Part shown: positions 25,141-38,239 of the stretch, piece by piece
Position numbering within the stretch: position 1 is the stretch's first letter
How the letters are laid out: each line of letters starts with the position of its first letter
DNA from: the human T2T-CHM13v2.0 reference genome, Homo sapiens
Reading direction: 5' to 3' (one strand)
Length of the DNA: 64,000 nucleotides
Assembly (NCBI RefSeq): GCF_009914755.1
Contig: NC_060938.1
The notes under the pieces: model-generated
Database searches by the model: none
Told to the model about the DNA's origin: nothing
Seen by the model: the letters and a program-made list of their open reading frames with translations, nothing else
Made by a program: the position numbers and the translations under genes

Positions 25141-26760
25141 ATTTTCATTTTTGGCAATATAGCAAACTACTTACAATTTAAAACTCCCTCATTACAAAAA
25201 CACATAAAAATGAAACATACACTATAACAAGCATCCCATATATGCTTAGATAAACCACCAATAACATAAAACAAAACAAAACAACAAAATACAAAGAGGG
25301 AAGAAAACCTCAAATCATAAGAAAAGCTGACAATAAGCTATTAATGTAATTTCCATTTTCGTAATTTAGATACTTCAATTTGAATGACTATACAGAGACA
25401 GGGGACATACTATTGTGTATTTAAAATAAGGGTAATTGAGACTTACCTGATTTTATGCCAGAAAAAAAATTCCTCAAAGAAAAGTTAGAAATAAATTTAC
25501 CTGTAGTTACAATAAGCCAACAATAAAGTTATGTTTGTTTCAAATAGGAATCAGAGACTAGGGAAATGTTGGTTTTGAGGATTTGTAAACATGATGCTGT
25601 TATGGATATATTGAAGGCTTATATTTATAGAATCAACTTAATGTAGTATTAAACATTCACAAGCTAAGAATATGTGTGTATGCATATATAAATTGTTAAT
25701 ACCTTTTGTATTTATGATGAAAATAAAGGCAGAGCCTCTCTGAGGGACTCTCCTCTTCCTAGGCCATGCAATGTTCTCAAATAATCCCACTAAAGAAGAG
25801 TTCACGATCTAAAACTATAAAATAAAAAAGTAACAATTCACTGTGAGTTAAGAAATACAAAAATGGCTAGATTTAATAACCTAAAGGTTTATAAAATAGA
25901 AAATCTAGATTATAGCAATTATAAAATAAATGCATTATATATTCTAATTGATTAAAGACATTAAAAACAAACTAAAACTACAGGAAAATAATAAGATGCT
26001 CTATTAGTCACCTCATGTTGCCCTAACAAAATAGAAGACTAAGTAGCTTAAATACTGACATGTATCTTCTCATAGTCCTGGAGGCCAGAATTCCAATATT
26101 AAGGTGCCAGCATGTTGTGTCTGATGAGGGCTCTGTTTCTGCCTTCTTGCTATGTTCCTACATGGACAGGAGAGAGAGATAGAGAGAATGCTCTCAGTGT
26201 CTTTTCTTATAAGGACAGAAATCTCATTATGGGGGACCCCACCCTTACAACCTCATCTAAACTTAATTATCTCCCAAAGTGCCCATCTCCAAATATCATC
26301 GCATTGCGGGGTTGAGGCTTCTACATATGAATAGGGAGTGGAACAGAAAAGACATTGTGCATAGCAAATGTTATGGAAAAGGAAAAATTAGTTAAAAGCA
26401 AACTAACTAGAACTTCCAGAAATGAAAAAATACTATCAATAAAGTTAAAAACTTAATGGGAGGAATTGACAGCATACTATACACGGATTAAGAGAGAATC
26501 AATGAACTAGAAGATATGTTGGAGGAAATTATCTGGAATATAGCATGGAGTAGTAACAAAATTGGAAATGTGAGAAAGACATAAAAAGACATAGAGAACA
26601 GAATAAAATGCAGAAATATACTCCAATACAAAGTCCAAACAAATTGTATATATAAAATAAGGAAACAATAATATATAAAGCAATCACATATAATAATTTC
26701 CCCAATTGTTGAAAGATGTGAATTTTCAGATTAAGAAAACAAAGACTATCAAACATGAGC
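25141..26760 (+). mobile_element. Old L1M/HAL1 5' end and ORF1 relic, interrupted by MLT1A
   Basis: tttggcaatatagcaaactac 5' motif; aactagaacttccagaaatgaaaaa and gagagaatcaatgaactagaagat ORF1 motifs. Confidence 0.65.
26000..26366 (-). mobile_element. MLT1A-family solo LTR
   Basis: Antisense MLT1A (ctcatagtcctggaggccag...tcttataaggaca...cccaaagtgcccatctccaaat). Confidence 0.85.
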
Positions 26761-28414
26761 AATTAAATGCAAAAACACATAGCCTTCTTCACATGTAAGA
26801 CAGCAGCTGCTGGAAAGACTAGGGCAGAAAGCATGGCTAAGACAAAACCTTTAGAGATACTCCAGGTTTTAATGAGAGCAGTGAAGCAGCCCTATGAAGA
26901 CTGGAGACAGAACATCAGGTATTAAGAAATCTCTGAATGCAAAGAAATCTTGAATGAAGTTGGGAGCAAACAGAACTCCATAATGTTCCTGAAAGCTAGT
27001 AGCCAAAATTTAAAGCAGAGATCTTCAGAAATCTGGAGGCTGAATGATAAACATAAACAGATCCTCAAATTTTGCAAATTTTTAGATTTCCTGCCTGCTG
27101 AACATAAAGTTCAAAGCTAGTGGTAAGAATTAAATTTAAAAATAGCTGCAATAAAACCCAAACTACACTTACCTTCATGTTAGATTTGTGTAACCCTGGC
27201 CAGTGGTAGTCTGAAAGAAGAAAAATCTTTTTGGCTAAAAAATATTCTAGAGGTAATTTAGCCTCTATCATGTCCAACATAGAATTTAAGTTTATGAGAA
27301 ATATGAAGAAGCAAGAAAAGGTGATGTGTGATTGAGAAGAGAAACAAAAAATAGAAGCATACTAGAGAGGGCTTAGATGTTGAAATGATAAGAGAAAAAT
27401 AGGAATTGTAAATACATTAAAGAATCTGGCAGAACGGTATATAACATGTACAAACGAAGGGAGAATTGCAATGGAAATAGAAATCATAGAGGAAAAAACA
27501 AATAGAAATTCTATAAACGAAAAGTATGATATCAGAAATAAATGACTCATTGGATGATATTAAGCACAGACTGTATAGCAGAGGAAACAAATCAATGACC
27601 TTGAAGACAGCCAATCGAAATCATTAAATCTGAAACACAAAAAGAAAACAGAGTAAAAAGAAAAGAACAGAATGTCCTAAATCTGTGGAACACTATTAAG
27701 TAGTCTAACGCAAGTCTGATTTGAGTCCCAGAAGTAAAAGAGATAGATAATTAAACAAAATACATATGTAAAGAGATTGTAAATAACACTGATGTAAGTA
27801 TCAACTAACAAATTCAAGAATAACACCAAACCTTAAGAAGCATACATTGAAGAGAAACCACATTTAGGTACATTGTAACCAAAGAGCTAAAACCCTAAAA
27901 TAAAACAAAAATCATAAAACAAGTAGAAAAAAGGACATATACATACATGAACAAGTATAAGAATGATGTCTAACTTGTAATTAGAAACAATGGAGGCCAA
28001 AAAACATTGGAATATTTTAAAGTGCTGAAAGAAAAACAAATCAATCAAACTAGCATTCTATATCCAGCAAGAATATTCTTTATAAATGAAGATCAAGCAG
28101 ACCTATTTCCAAAGATGCAGAGGCTGAGAATATTTTCCTTCAATAGACACGATCTTTAAAAAATATCACAAAAAAGTTCATCAAGTTGAAGACTTGATCC
28201 AGATGAGACTCTGGATCTTCAGAAAGGAAGGTAGAGCATTGGAAAGACTAAACATACAAATAAATGTAAAGGCCTGTAAAAAAAAAAATGTTGGAAACTT
28301 AGAAAAAAAAAGGGGCATTAAAAAGTACTACTTGCAAAAGTTTTTACAAGAAGAAATAGAAAGCCTAAAAAGCCCCATGTCTATTAAATACATTGAATTT
28401 GTTCCTAACACTTT

Positions 28415-28980
28415 CTAATTAGTTTTCTATTGCTGCTTATAACAAATAAGCACAACCGTAGTGGCTTAAAACAACACAAGTTTATTATCTTAATCTGCTA
28501 TTCATTCTCTGTCTCCTTTGAAGCTTATGTTTTATTATTCAGCCATTAGATTTTGGAGTTCTCAGGTCTGGCAGTCAGGAGTCCAAAGGCTAGATCACAT
28601 TCTTTCTGGAGGGTATTGGAAAGAATCCAGTTCCTTGTCCTTTCTAGCTTCTAGAGGCCTTCCACATTCCTTGGCTTGGCCTCATCTTCCATCTTTAAAA
28701 CCAGCAGTGTGGTATTTTCAAATCTTTCTGACTCTGATTTCCTCTTCTGCTGTTTATCCACTTTAAACAACCCTTGTAATTACATTGGATTTACCTGTGT
28801 AATCCAGAATAATCTCCATATATTAAGGCCAAAAATCAGCAACTTTAATTGTATCTGCAACTTTAATTCCTCTTGCCATAGTTACATATTCATATATTCA
28901 AGTGGCACATAATATATTCACAGATTCTGGGAGTTAAGATGTACATATGTCTTTGAGATGCCGTAATTCTGCCTACCATA
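28415..28980 (-). mobile_element. MLT1D solo LTR
   Basis: attagttttctattgctgc...gtggcttaaaacaacacaa...ctagcttctagagg...taatccagaataatctcc...ctgcctaccata. Confidence 0.85.
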
Positions 28981-29611
28981 CCTACACACTAAGAAAACTC
29001 CAGGCTCTGAGGGCTTTATTGGTGAGTTCCAGAAAATGTAAGGAAGAAAACTACCAATCTTACAGTCTCTCAGAAAATACAGAAGAAACCCTTCTCATCT
29101 TGTTTATATCAGAATAACTCTCATACCAAAACTTGACAATGACATTTTTACAAAGAAAATTATAGACTAATGTTTTCATGAATGTAGATGCAAAAATCCC
29201 TAATATGATATCATATGATATTTTTATATATTGAATCCACGAATATGTACAAATAATATTAAATCCATCATAATTCTATGACATTTAGTCTAGGTTGGTT
29301 ATTATTTGACTATTTATATTTGGAAAGCAATTAAAATAGTGTACCACATAAATTAATAAGAAAAATTATAAGATTATTTAGTATTTGATAAAATTCAACA
29401 TCCATTTTTCTGGTAAAAATTCTCACAATTACTTCCCTATTCCAATAAGGGACACTTGGGAAAATCCTACAGCTTCTATAATAGTAGATGACAGGACATT
29501 AAACACTTTTCCCCTAAGACCAAGAGACAGGCAAAAGTGTCTGCTGTCATCGCTAGTGCAATAAGGCAAGAAAAAGAAAGAAAATAAAATATTACATTAA
29601 ATATTGAAAGG

Positions 29612-29798
29612 TAGCTGGGTTTGGTGGCTTGTGACTGTAGTCCCAGCTACTTGGGAGAATGAGGCATGAGAATCCCTTGAACCCAGGGGGCGGAGGTTAT
29701 GGTGAGCTGAGATTGCACCACTGCATTCCAGCCTGAGCAACAGATCTACAGTCCATCTCAAAAAAATAATAATAAATGAAAATAAATAAATGAATGAA
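29612..29798 (+). mobile_element. 5'-truncated Alu (right monomer only)
   Basis: tagctgggtttggtgg...ccatctc plus A-rich tail; TSD taaatattgaaagg / taaatattataagg. Confidence 0.88.
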
Positions 29799-31525
29799 TA
29801 AATATTATAAGGATGAAGTAAACCATCATTATTTAGAGAGAATATAAGTGTGTGCATAGAAAATCTTGTGGGATATACATAAATATTACTAAAAATAATA
29901 AATAAATTTAGTAAAGTTGTAATATACAAGGTTAATACACAAAACTTAATTGTATTTCTATGCGCTACCAAAATAATTTAAAAATGAAATTTAAAATGTA
30001 TTACCATTACAATATCATCAAAATATCAAACAAGGAATATATGTAACAAAAGATGTGGAAGATTTCTATGCTTGAAAAAGAAGGTTTGAGCAGAGGGAAA
30101 TTAAAGAAGACCTAATTAATGGGGATATAGACCATATTTATGAATTAGAAGATTCAGTGCTGTTAAGATGACAATTTTTCCTAAATTGTTTATAGACTTT
30201 TTGTAATCCCAATCAGAACCCCAGCAGCCTTTTATTTTTTATTTTTATTCTTTTTTTGAAATTGACAGGTTGATATAAACATTTATAGGTAAATGCAAAT
30301 AATCTAGAATAGCCAAAATTATCTTGAAAAAGAAAAAAATTACCTGGTTTCCAAACTGCAAGTAATTAACAAATTGTGTATGGGGGAAAATACCTTAGTA
30401 ATTATTACTATGTAGATCATAGATTTGAACTCAAAGCATAAAACTTTCAGAAGGAAGTCAAAGAATATCTTTGTGACTTTGAGTTAGGCCAACATTTCTT
30501 AGAAAAGACACCAGAAATACTAACCACAAGAGAAAAAAATAATAATTACATGTCTTCAAGATGAACATTTGTCTCACCAAAATACACCATTAATAAAATG
30601 AATAAGAAAAATACAGAGTGGGAGAAAATAATTGTAGCATATCTGACAAAGAACTTATATCTGGAATATATAAGGAACATCTGAAAATCAGTAGTAATAG
30701 TAATAATAACAACAAATCCAATAAATAGGACAACAGCTTTGGGCAAAAACTATACAATGAAAACATAGAAATGACCGGTAAGTACTCAGATATAAGTTAA
30801 GCCCTGTTAGCCATTCAAAAAACATGATATGAAAACACAGTGAGATACCACTTCATATCCAGTAGACTAACTAACATTAAAGCCACTGACAATACCTAAC
30901 ATCTGTGAGGATGTAGAGTCATCGGAACTCTTACGCATTGCTGAGGGAAGTGTAAAATGACACAATTACTTAGAAGGATGTTTTGACAGTTTCTTATAAG
31001 GTTAAATGTACACCAATCCTATGACTCAGAAAATGCACTCTTAAATATTGATCCAAGAAAAACAAAACGTGTTTAGATAGTCTTATACAAGAATGTTCAT
31101 AGCAACCTTATTCATAATAAAGGAAAGTTGTAAACAACCCCAAAATCTGTCAACTCTTGAATAGATTAATAAATTGTTATATGGTAATACAGCAGAACAC
31201 TATTCAACTGTAAAAAAGAAGAAACTACGGATACATGCAATAACATGATAAATCTCAGATATATTATATCATGTGAAAGAAGTTGGAGGCAAAATCATTT
31301 ATGCTGTTTGACTCCATTTACATGAAGTTCACAAACAAACAAATCTAGTCTATCATATTAAAAATCGAAAGTATCTCTGGAAATAAGGGAACTTCTTAGG
31401 GCAATAAAAATGTTCTCGTGTGTGTGTGTGTGTTACAAAAAGTTGTATAAAATTGACAAACTTCATCACACTGAAAACTTATGATCTAAACATTCTATTT
31501 ATATAAAGAATACCACAATAAAACA

Positions 31526-32930
31526 ACTTTGTACCTAAACACATCATAATAAAATTCTAGATGCCAAAGACTCAGAGAAAGTCTTCAAAGAAACCAGAGA
31601 GAAAAGATAGATTCATTACATTGCACTGTCAGATGTTTGTTAGTGGATTCAAATGGCAATATGATGTCAGGAAAAAAGAAATTCCTTCCACACGTTCCAT
31701 AAAAAAATATAAAAACTCACTGCACAATACCTTCTGGAAACAGACCAAATAAAGCAATCAGAAAAAGATTTTAATTGTATTTTTAAAGTATAATTGTATT
31801 TTTAAAGTATTTCAATTCATTTTAAAACTTAATTTTGTTAAATTTTATGTAATAAATTATAAAATTAATTATTTAAAAATATTAATATTAAATTAATCAT
31901 TTAAATGCATGTATACTGCCATAAAAACAATTGAATTACAAATTCAATCAGGTTTAGAAAAGATAATTACTCGAGATTCCTTAAATGAAATCTCTAATGA
32001 TTGAAATGAAATACTTCTGTAGAAATGTTAAAAAGCAAACTGGATGCAGAGAAAGACTAAGTAACAAATGTTGGAATATTAATTTGAGACATTTCTCCAG
32101 ACTATAGCACAAACAGATGGAAAGTTCGACAGTACAGCTGTGTTTCATGTGGAATAAATCCAGAAATTTTAACATCCATCTCATTGAAGCTCCAGTTGAA
32201 CAGGCAACATTTAAAGACAAGATGGCTGAGGATTCCTAGAATTAAAGGAATTCAAGATACCCCAGAAAGAAAGAGCTCACCAATTACCAAGCAGAATTAA
32301 TAAAAGAACATAAATAACCATACCTATATGCTTTCTACTGAACCCATGAAAATCAAGCATTAAGAGAAAATCCTGAAATATTACCAAGAAAAAGATTATA
32401 TTATTCACAAGGAACTGAGAACACAATTTATCTCAGACTCTCATTAGAAACACTGCAAGGCAGGAAGACACTGGTGCAATGCTTTAAATATTGTTGATAA
32501 GAAAAGAAAATTAAAGCCTAAAATTTTATACCCAGGAAAAATACCATTTTAAAGTAAGTGTAAAATAAATATACTTTTTGGACACAAAATCATTCAGAAA
32601 GCCACGGCCTCTTCTGAACTTTCTGTAGCAAGGAAAAAAATTCACCAGAAGGAAATAGTGGAATTTGGGATGAAAAAATGAACTAATAAATCAGTTAGAC
32701 ATTGGTGATTATAAATAACTACTGGCCATAAAAATTATAATGTACAAGTTATACATTATAACTATAACTATAATTTATACATATAAAAATTATAAATGTA
32801 TAAAAGCTAAAGCTACTGGCAAGAGTAATGTGGGGAATTAAAATATGAAGCTGACCGTGGGGGAGGATAAATGGAAATAAACATGCATGAAGATTATTGT
32901 CTTAGGATGAAAGTGAAACTATTTCAGCCA
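31526..32930 (+). mobile_element. L1M/HAL1 ORF1 relics
   Basis: acctaaacacatcataataaaattc, aagagaaaatcctgaaa and ctaaaattttatacccagg ORF1 motifs. Confidence 0.6.
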
Positions 32931-32986
32931 TTCTAATTTATTTTATCTATTCATTTTAAAGAGAATCCATTCCTATATTACCTGAC

Positions 32987-33303
32987 TTATTTATTTATTT
33001 ATTTATTTATCTTTTGAGAGAGAGTCTGGCTCTGTTGCCCAGGCTGGAGTGCAGTGTTGTGATCTTGGCTCACTGCAGCTTGGACTCCTGGGCTCAAGTG
33101 GTCTTCCCATCTCAGCCTCCTCAGTAAGTAGGAGTACAGATGCACGCTACTATGCCCAGCTAATTTTTTTATTATTATTATTTGTAAAGACAAAGTCTTG
33201 TTATGTTTTCCAGGCTGGTCTTGAACTCCTGAGCTCAGATAATCCCTGCACTCGTTAGCCTCCCAATGTGGTGGGATTATAGGTGTGAGTTGCCATGCCC
33301 AGC
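32987..33303 (-). mobile_element. AluJ
   Basis: (TTTA)n tail; gcagcttggactcctgggctcaagtg is a J diagnostic. Confidence 0.9.
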
Positions 33304-34454
33304 TGACACATATTTATGGTAGGAGAAAAGGCTGGAAAATGTGCCTCAGTGTTTATAGAACATGGCCAGTTGTTGTTGTCATCTTGGAAATTTTCTATAT
33401 TTTTCTGACTTCTTCCCAGAATAATTAAATTTTCAGTACAAATAAATGTATGTATTGTAATCTCATACGTTTTTTAAAAACATGGAACAAAAGCATAGAA
33501 GAAAAAGGTAAAAGTGTATTTCTCTAAGTGGTGGAATTATTGGGGCCTCATTGTCTTTTCCACTTTTCCTAATTTTCTACAGTAAATATGTTAAACAAAG
33601 GAATGAATACTTAGACACCAAAGTACCTCACAACTAATCCCCAGGAATCAATACTTAAAAACTTGACACAGTATATGTAGTTAGTAGAACTCTTTCCAAG
33701 ATTATAAAGTTATTCTTACAATTTCTGTTTTTAGTTTTCCAAACGCATTTCATTATGTTTTATTTTCAAGAGCTTTTTGAAATCAGTTTGCCTTTGGTTG
33801 ATTCATATTTTAATAGAGATAAACTTATCTCTGTCCCCAAAGAGTTCACAGTGTGAGAGGAATGTCAACAATAATTAGACCCAAAGATTGGGAAAATGGG
33901 AAATGAAGACACTATATCACTTTCTGATGGAATCAGCTTCTCTGGTTACATCATAGATGACATTTCTAACTGTCCAAGAGGTGCGTTGAGCTTATAAAAG
34001 TTTCTACTTCTTCATATTTTGCCAGTGCTTTTTCCAGAGTCCTCTTGTGCTCTCCAGAGAAATATAAAAGAATTTCTGGACCCTGTGCTTCAAGACTTAG
34101 GGCAAATTATTAAAAAGCCAGTCGTTTCAAAGAGCTTGAGTTTTTCAAATAGGGCAGACCAGAAATGTATGTCAGCCTCCACCACTGAACAGTAAGACAT
34201 GAGTAAAATGGGGATGATGTTACCCGCTATTCACTCTGTCGTCAAGGAAGGTAAATCTCAGATGCACTGGCAAGATGTGTCCTCCACATATAGCCATCGT
34301 TACGTGTGATATCTCATCAAACCAAGAAGGAAAAATATGTGATATATGGGCTTTATAGAGTTAAAACAAAAGGTTGGATGACTCAAGTTTCCACCTTTCA
34401 ATCCCAAATCCTGCAAACAGCCTAAGAAGCTCAAAAATCGTCCCTATGTTAAAC

Positions 34455-34660
34455 AGCATGAGATGCTGGTAAAACTGGACTTTGAAGTCAAATAGCTCTT
34501 GTTTCAGTTTTAACTTCTGAAATGTCTCTGATAATGCCTTAGAAAAAAATAGCTTAGCTTTTGAACCTCAGTTATTGTCATCTGAAAAATGGATACAATC
34601 AAACCTATTCCGCAGTTTTTTGGTGAGGATTAGCAGGAATCAGTAATTGTTATCATTATT
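34455..34660 (+). mobile_element. MIR SINE
   Basis: tggactttgaagtcaaa...gaacctcagttattgtcatctgaaaaatgg...gtgaggatta. Confidence 0.7.
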
Positions 34661-34666
34661 CACACG

Positions 34667-34860
34667 TAATAATATATTGTACTTTCTGAGTACTTAAAAA
34701 GCACCAGGCACCATGTTATGTATGTTTTATCCAAATCATCCTCACACAGCTCTGCGAAAGAGGTGCCACTCCCATCCCTGCTTTACAGATGAGGAAACTG
34801 AGGCACAGAGGGTCTAGGGAGCTCCCACACACCTCACTGAGCTCATCACTCATGGCTTTG
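34667..34860 (-). mobile_element. MIR SINE
   Basis: Near-perfect antisense core tttacagatgaggaaactgaggcacagag. Confidence 0.85.
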
Positions 34861-35799
34861 TAACAGAACAGCCAGTGTTTGGAAAATGTAACCAAAGTCA
34901 GCACAAAAAGATAAGGCCTGTGTTAATTTTGCTTGCATACCAAGTTGTTCTACTGGGTCAAAGCTTCGGAAGCTACTTTTAAAATGGCCTTTTCCACTTG
35001 CAGAGATGGGTGTCCCACTAGCAACCATTCTCAGCCATTGACCAGGAGTCAGTGGGTTTCCAGCTCCTCTGTTTTCGCAGGGGCTGGTGCAATAATGCAA
35101 AGCAGTTGGCTTCACTTTAGATTGGCCTCTTCCTGCTCTTGCCCAGTATCTGACCCTGTCACGGCTGATCAACCCCCCATGGCTGGCCAGTCTGTAAGTC
35201 TGTGCATGCAGAAGTCATAATCTTGTATCTTAATGCAAGTCATGCAGGGTTTAGTAATGTGGAATTTGGAATTTTTTTTATTTTAAAAAAAGCCGTTTTA
35301 TAGATGCAAAGGTAAGCTGAAAATTTCTTTTTTTTTTTTTTTTAATAAGATGATTCAAGATGCCAAAACAGGGGAATGTGTTGACTTGAAGATGGACATT
35401 TTTATTTTTAAAGTCTAAAAATGAATTCTTCTGCTTCTCATTGCCAAGTTTAAGATTATGTTTCTCAGTAGCTCTGATTGCTGAGCTTTTTCCAATATCT
35501 GCTGTAAAATGCTAGGGGCCCCCTCAAGTTTGTAGCCTGTATGCTCTGGGGGCAAGTTGCATTCTGAGATAGATGTTAAAATAAGAACTAAGAAAGTTTT
35601 AGAGATCTACTGAAAGAGATTTTGATTGGTGGCCAGTCTATTACTAATAAGATAAAAGGAAAAAAAAGATAGATTTCTTTATAAGTGGCTTATTTTAAAG
35701 ACAAAACAAAATAGTTTGGGGGCTTGGACTCCATTAACCTACATTCAAACAGCATCGCATTCATACCTTTTAATACAAATAATTATTACTTTCTCTCTT

Positions 35800-36028
35800 C
35801 TTCAGGATACCTTGCACATAGCTTCATTTTAGCCATGACCTTATATCATTTTTGTTTGGTTTGGTTTGTTGTTCTTGGAGTTTTTTGGGGTGCATTTTCT
35901 AATCAGTGGATCTCCCCACCAGACTATGAACACTTTCAAGAAGACACGGAATTAAATTATTTCTGCTTCTCCAGTAACTATCTTAGGACCTGACACATTC
36001 TATTTCTGTACAGCATTCATTAAATTTC
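35800..36028 (+). mobile_element. L2 3' end
   Basis: tctccccaccagactatgaac...taggacctgacaca. Confidence 0.6.
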
Positions 36029-36745
36029 CCAAGTTCAAAAGATGGCCTGTTAAGTCACAAGTAGGCTTTCTGGACTGTGTCTTCTCTGAGCTCTACTCAA
36101 ACAAATAAAAAGACAGAGGAAATTTTTTAGGATTTCACACATTCAAGCTTCTCAGCAGAGTTTCAGGTCCCATTATTTCTCACTGACCTGCTCTAGGTCA
36201 CACTTTTTGCCTATTCAGTGGCACAGAAACAAGCAGCCATGACCAGTATTGGTCAGAAGCTCCTGTGTCCTTCTAGAACCAATTCAGCCCTTTGTGAGCT
36301 GCAAGGCCCTGAGAACTGCATGTCACTTCCTTGAAGCCTTGATTTCTTCACTCTTAAAATGGGAATCCCAGTCATGACCATGCCTGCCTCATGAGGGTAG
36401 CACAATCATCTGATGAGTCACCGTTGAAGAAAGTGCATAATGACGATGCAGCAGAGGGCCAGAAAATGACACACATCCGCACGACTGACTCTCTTTTCCA
36501 CATAGAGGTAAGGGACGGAAAACCACAAATAATTATAAAATGTGGCCCACACTGCTGAAACAACTCTGCTTTTCAGGTAAGGATACTGTAGCTCTATAAT
36601 TATATATAATTAAAATGCCTTGGCTAAGGTTTAAGCCATAGTTTCTGACAGCTCCTAGATTAATCCTTTCAATAACAACAATAATAGTTATTCAAAATGC
36701 TTATAGAGTCATACACTCTTGCTCCCAGATATACTATCAACATTG

Positions 36746-37039
36746 ATGCTTTCCAAAGGTGGGCATGGGCAACACTGATGCTGAGTGAGATAATTTTAGG
36801 TGGTACACAGACTAATATTTAGAACAAAGATTAATAAATATCTCTTTTTTTCCACAGTAAGAAATTTCTTTACAGTATGGAATATGAGTTCTTCACAGAT
36901 AACAGTGACAGAATGTCTTCTTTGTAAATATATTTGTTTAAGTACTTTATCAAATGAAGAAAAGTTCATTTAGAAAAAAAATGTTAAGTGATAAGATTGC
37001 AAAGGCATTGGATGAATGACTAAAGTTTGGCAAATGTTG
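36746..37039 (-). mobile_element. MER113-like hAT-Charlie DNA transposon relic
   Basis: ataattttaggtggtacacag and terminus gaatgactaaagtttggcaaatgttg. Confidence 0.65.
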
Positions 37040-37078
37040 CTCAAATAGATCTTCACGAAGTTGTCATGAAAACTTCAA

Positions 37079-37365
37079 GACATGGTGCAGTGGCTCAGGC
37101 CTATAATCCTAGCATTTTGGGAGACCAAGGCAGAGGATGGCTAGAGGCCAAGAGTTCAAGACCAGCTTGGGAAACACAGCAAGACCCCTGTATCTACAAG
37201 GAAAAAAAAATTTTTAATTAGCCAGATATACTAGTGTGTACCTGTAGTTCCAGCTACTCGGGAGGTGGAAGTGGGAGGTCACATGAGCCCAAGAGTTGGA
37301 GGCTGCAGTGAGCTATGATTGTGCCACTGCATTCCAGCCTGGGTGACAGAGCAAGACCCTGTCTT
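37079..37365 (+). mobile_element. AluJ
   Basis: gaggctgcagtgagctatgattgtgccactgc and gcaagaccctgtct; tail converted to a microsatellite. Confidence 0.9.
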
Positions 37366-37497
37366 AGAAGAAAAAAGAATAAGAATAAGAAGAAGAAGAA
37401 GGAAGAAGAGGAAGAGGAAGAGGAAGGAGGAGGAGGAGAAGAAGGAGAAGAGGGAGAAGAGGGAGAAGCAGCAGCAGCAGCAGCAGCAAGAAGAAAA
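37366..37497. repeat. Compound (AAG)/(GAG)/(GCA)7 purine-rich repeat
   Basis: Read directly; (GCA)7 at 37468-37488. Confidence 0.93.
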
Positions 37498-38239
37498 TAA
37501 ACTTGAAGGCATTCAAGACATTACTAACATCATCTTTTAATTAGAAGACCACATTCAGAGAAGCCGGAGATGGCAAAAGGCTCTCAGTTATTAAGGCCCA
37601 AAGTCAAGAGCAACAGTAATTAAATCCAGGGTTTCTAACTTTAAAATTTTGTTTATGATATCACCCTTCTCTAGACTGCTTTCATTCATTTATTCATCTA
37701 TTAATTCATTAATCCAATTGGTTAATCCTTACTGCACATGGATCGCCTTCAGCAACATAAAAAATAAACCCAAATGACCCAACATGAACTGTACCTTAAT
37801 TCAGCTCATCTTGACCAAAAGATCCTGTTTAAGGGCCATCACCTTTTTCTTTGCAAGAAAAGACACAAAGTGGTTTCATTTGAGAGCCCATCTCCCAAGC
37901 CTCACAAGTTCAGGACTGAAAATATCCTCTATACTGTTGAGAGTTAAGTTTCTATTTTTGGGAAAGTCAATCTCCTCGGTTCAAAGAAAAACATTCAAAA
38001 AGAGGGACCAATACACACAGTACAGGCGGCATCTTGAACATCAGATACCCTACAAAATGAAATGCTGATCTATGAGTAAAGAAATCAGAACCATATGGCT
38101 TTTCCTCCCTTAATAGACATATGGGCTTTACAAAATAAGGAGAAACATACTTGGCAAGATGCATCTCAAATTTTACTCAAACCACAAAACTTTAAAAATA
38201 TCGTAACATGTCTAATGAACCCAAAATGTGTCCTTGTTC

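Larger units (their letters stand above)
26770..31525 (+). mobile_element. L1ME-type element: ORF1, deleted ORF2 and 3' UTR, with MLT1D and Alu insertions
   Basis: Decayed RT motifs at ~28990-29200 (aaaactccaggctctgagggcttt ~KSPGPDGF; aaagaaaattatagactaatg...gatgcaaaaatcc ~KENYRPISLMNIDAKI); 3' UTR ends in aataaa near 31518. Confidence 0.8.

Noticed and set aside
28981-31000. Reverse-transcriptase-like motifs suggesting an active retroelement or domesticated gene
   Set aside because: This is heavily decayed L1 ORF2 with many stops, frameshifts and deletions.
31772-31809. Perfect 19-bp tandem duplication; also tttgaaccaaaag twice at 1052-1088
   Set aside because: Ordinary slippage duplications in AT-rich DNA, with no further structure.
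34455-34860. Adjacent inverted MIR pair as a structured RNA
   Set aside because: The copies are too diverged for a stable duplex, and this arrangement is common in MIR-dense DNA.
37315-37540. ORFs with poly-Q, poly-E, poly-K or poly-A tracts
   Set aside because: They are read-through of the Alu tail microsatellite, with no gene context.
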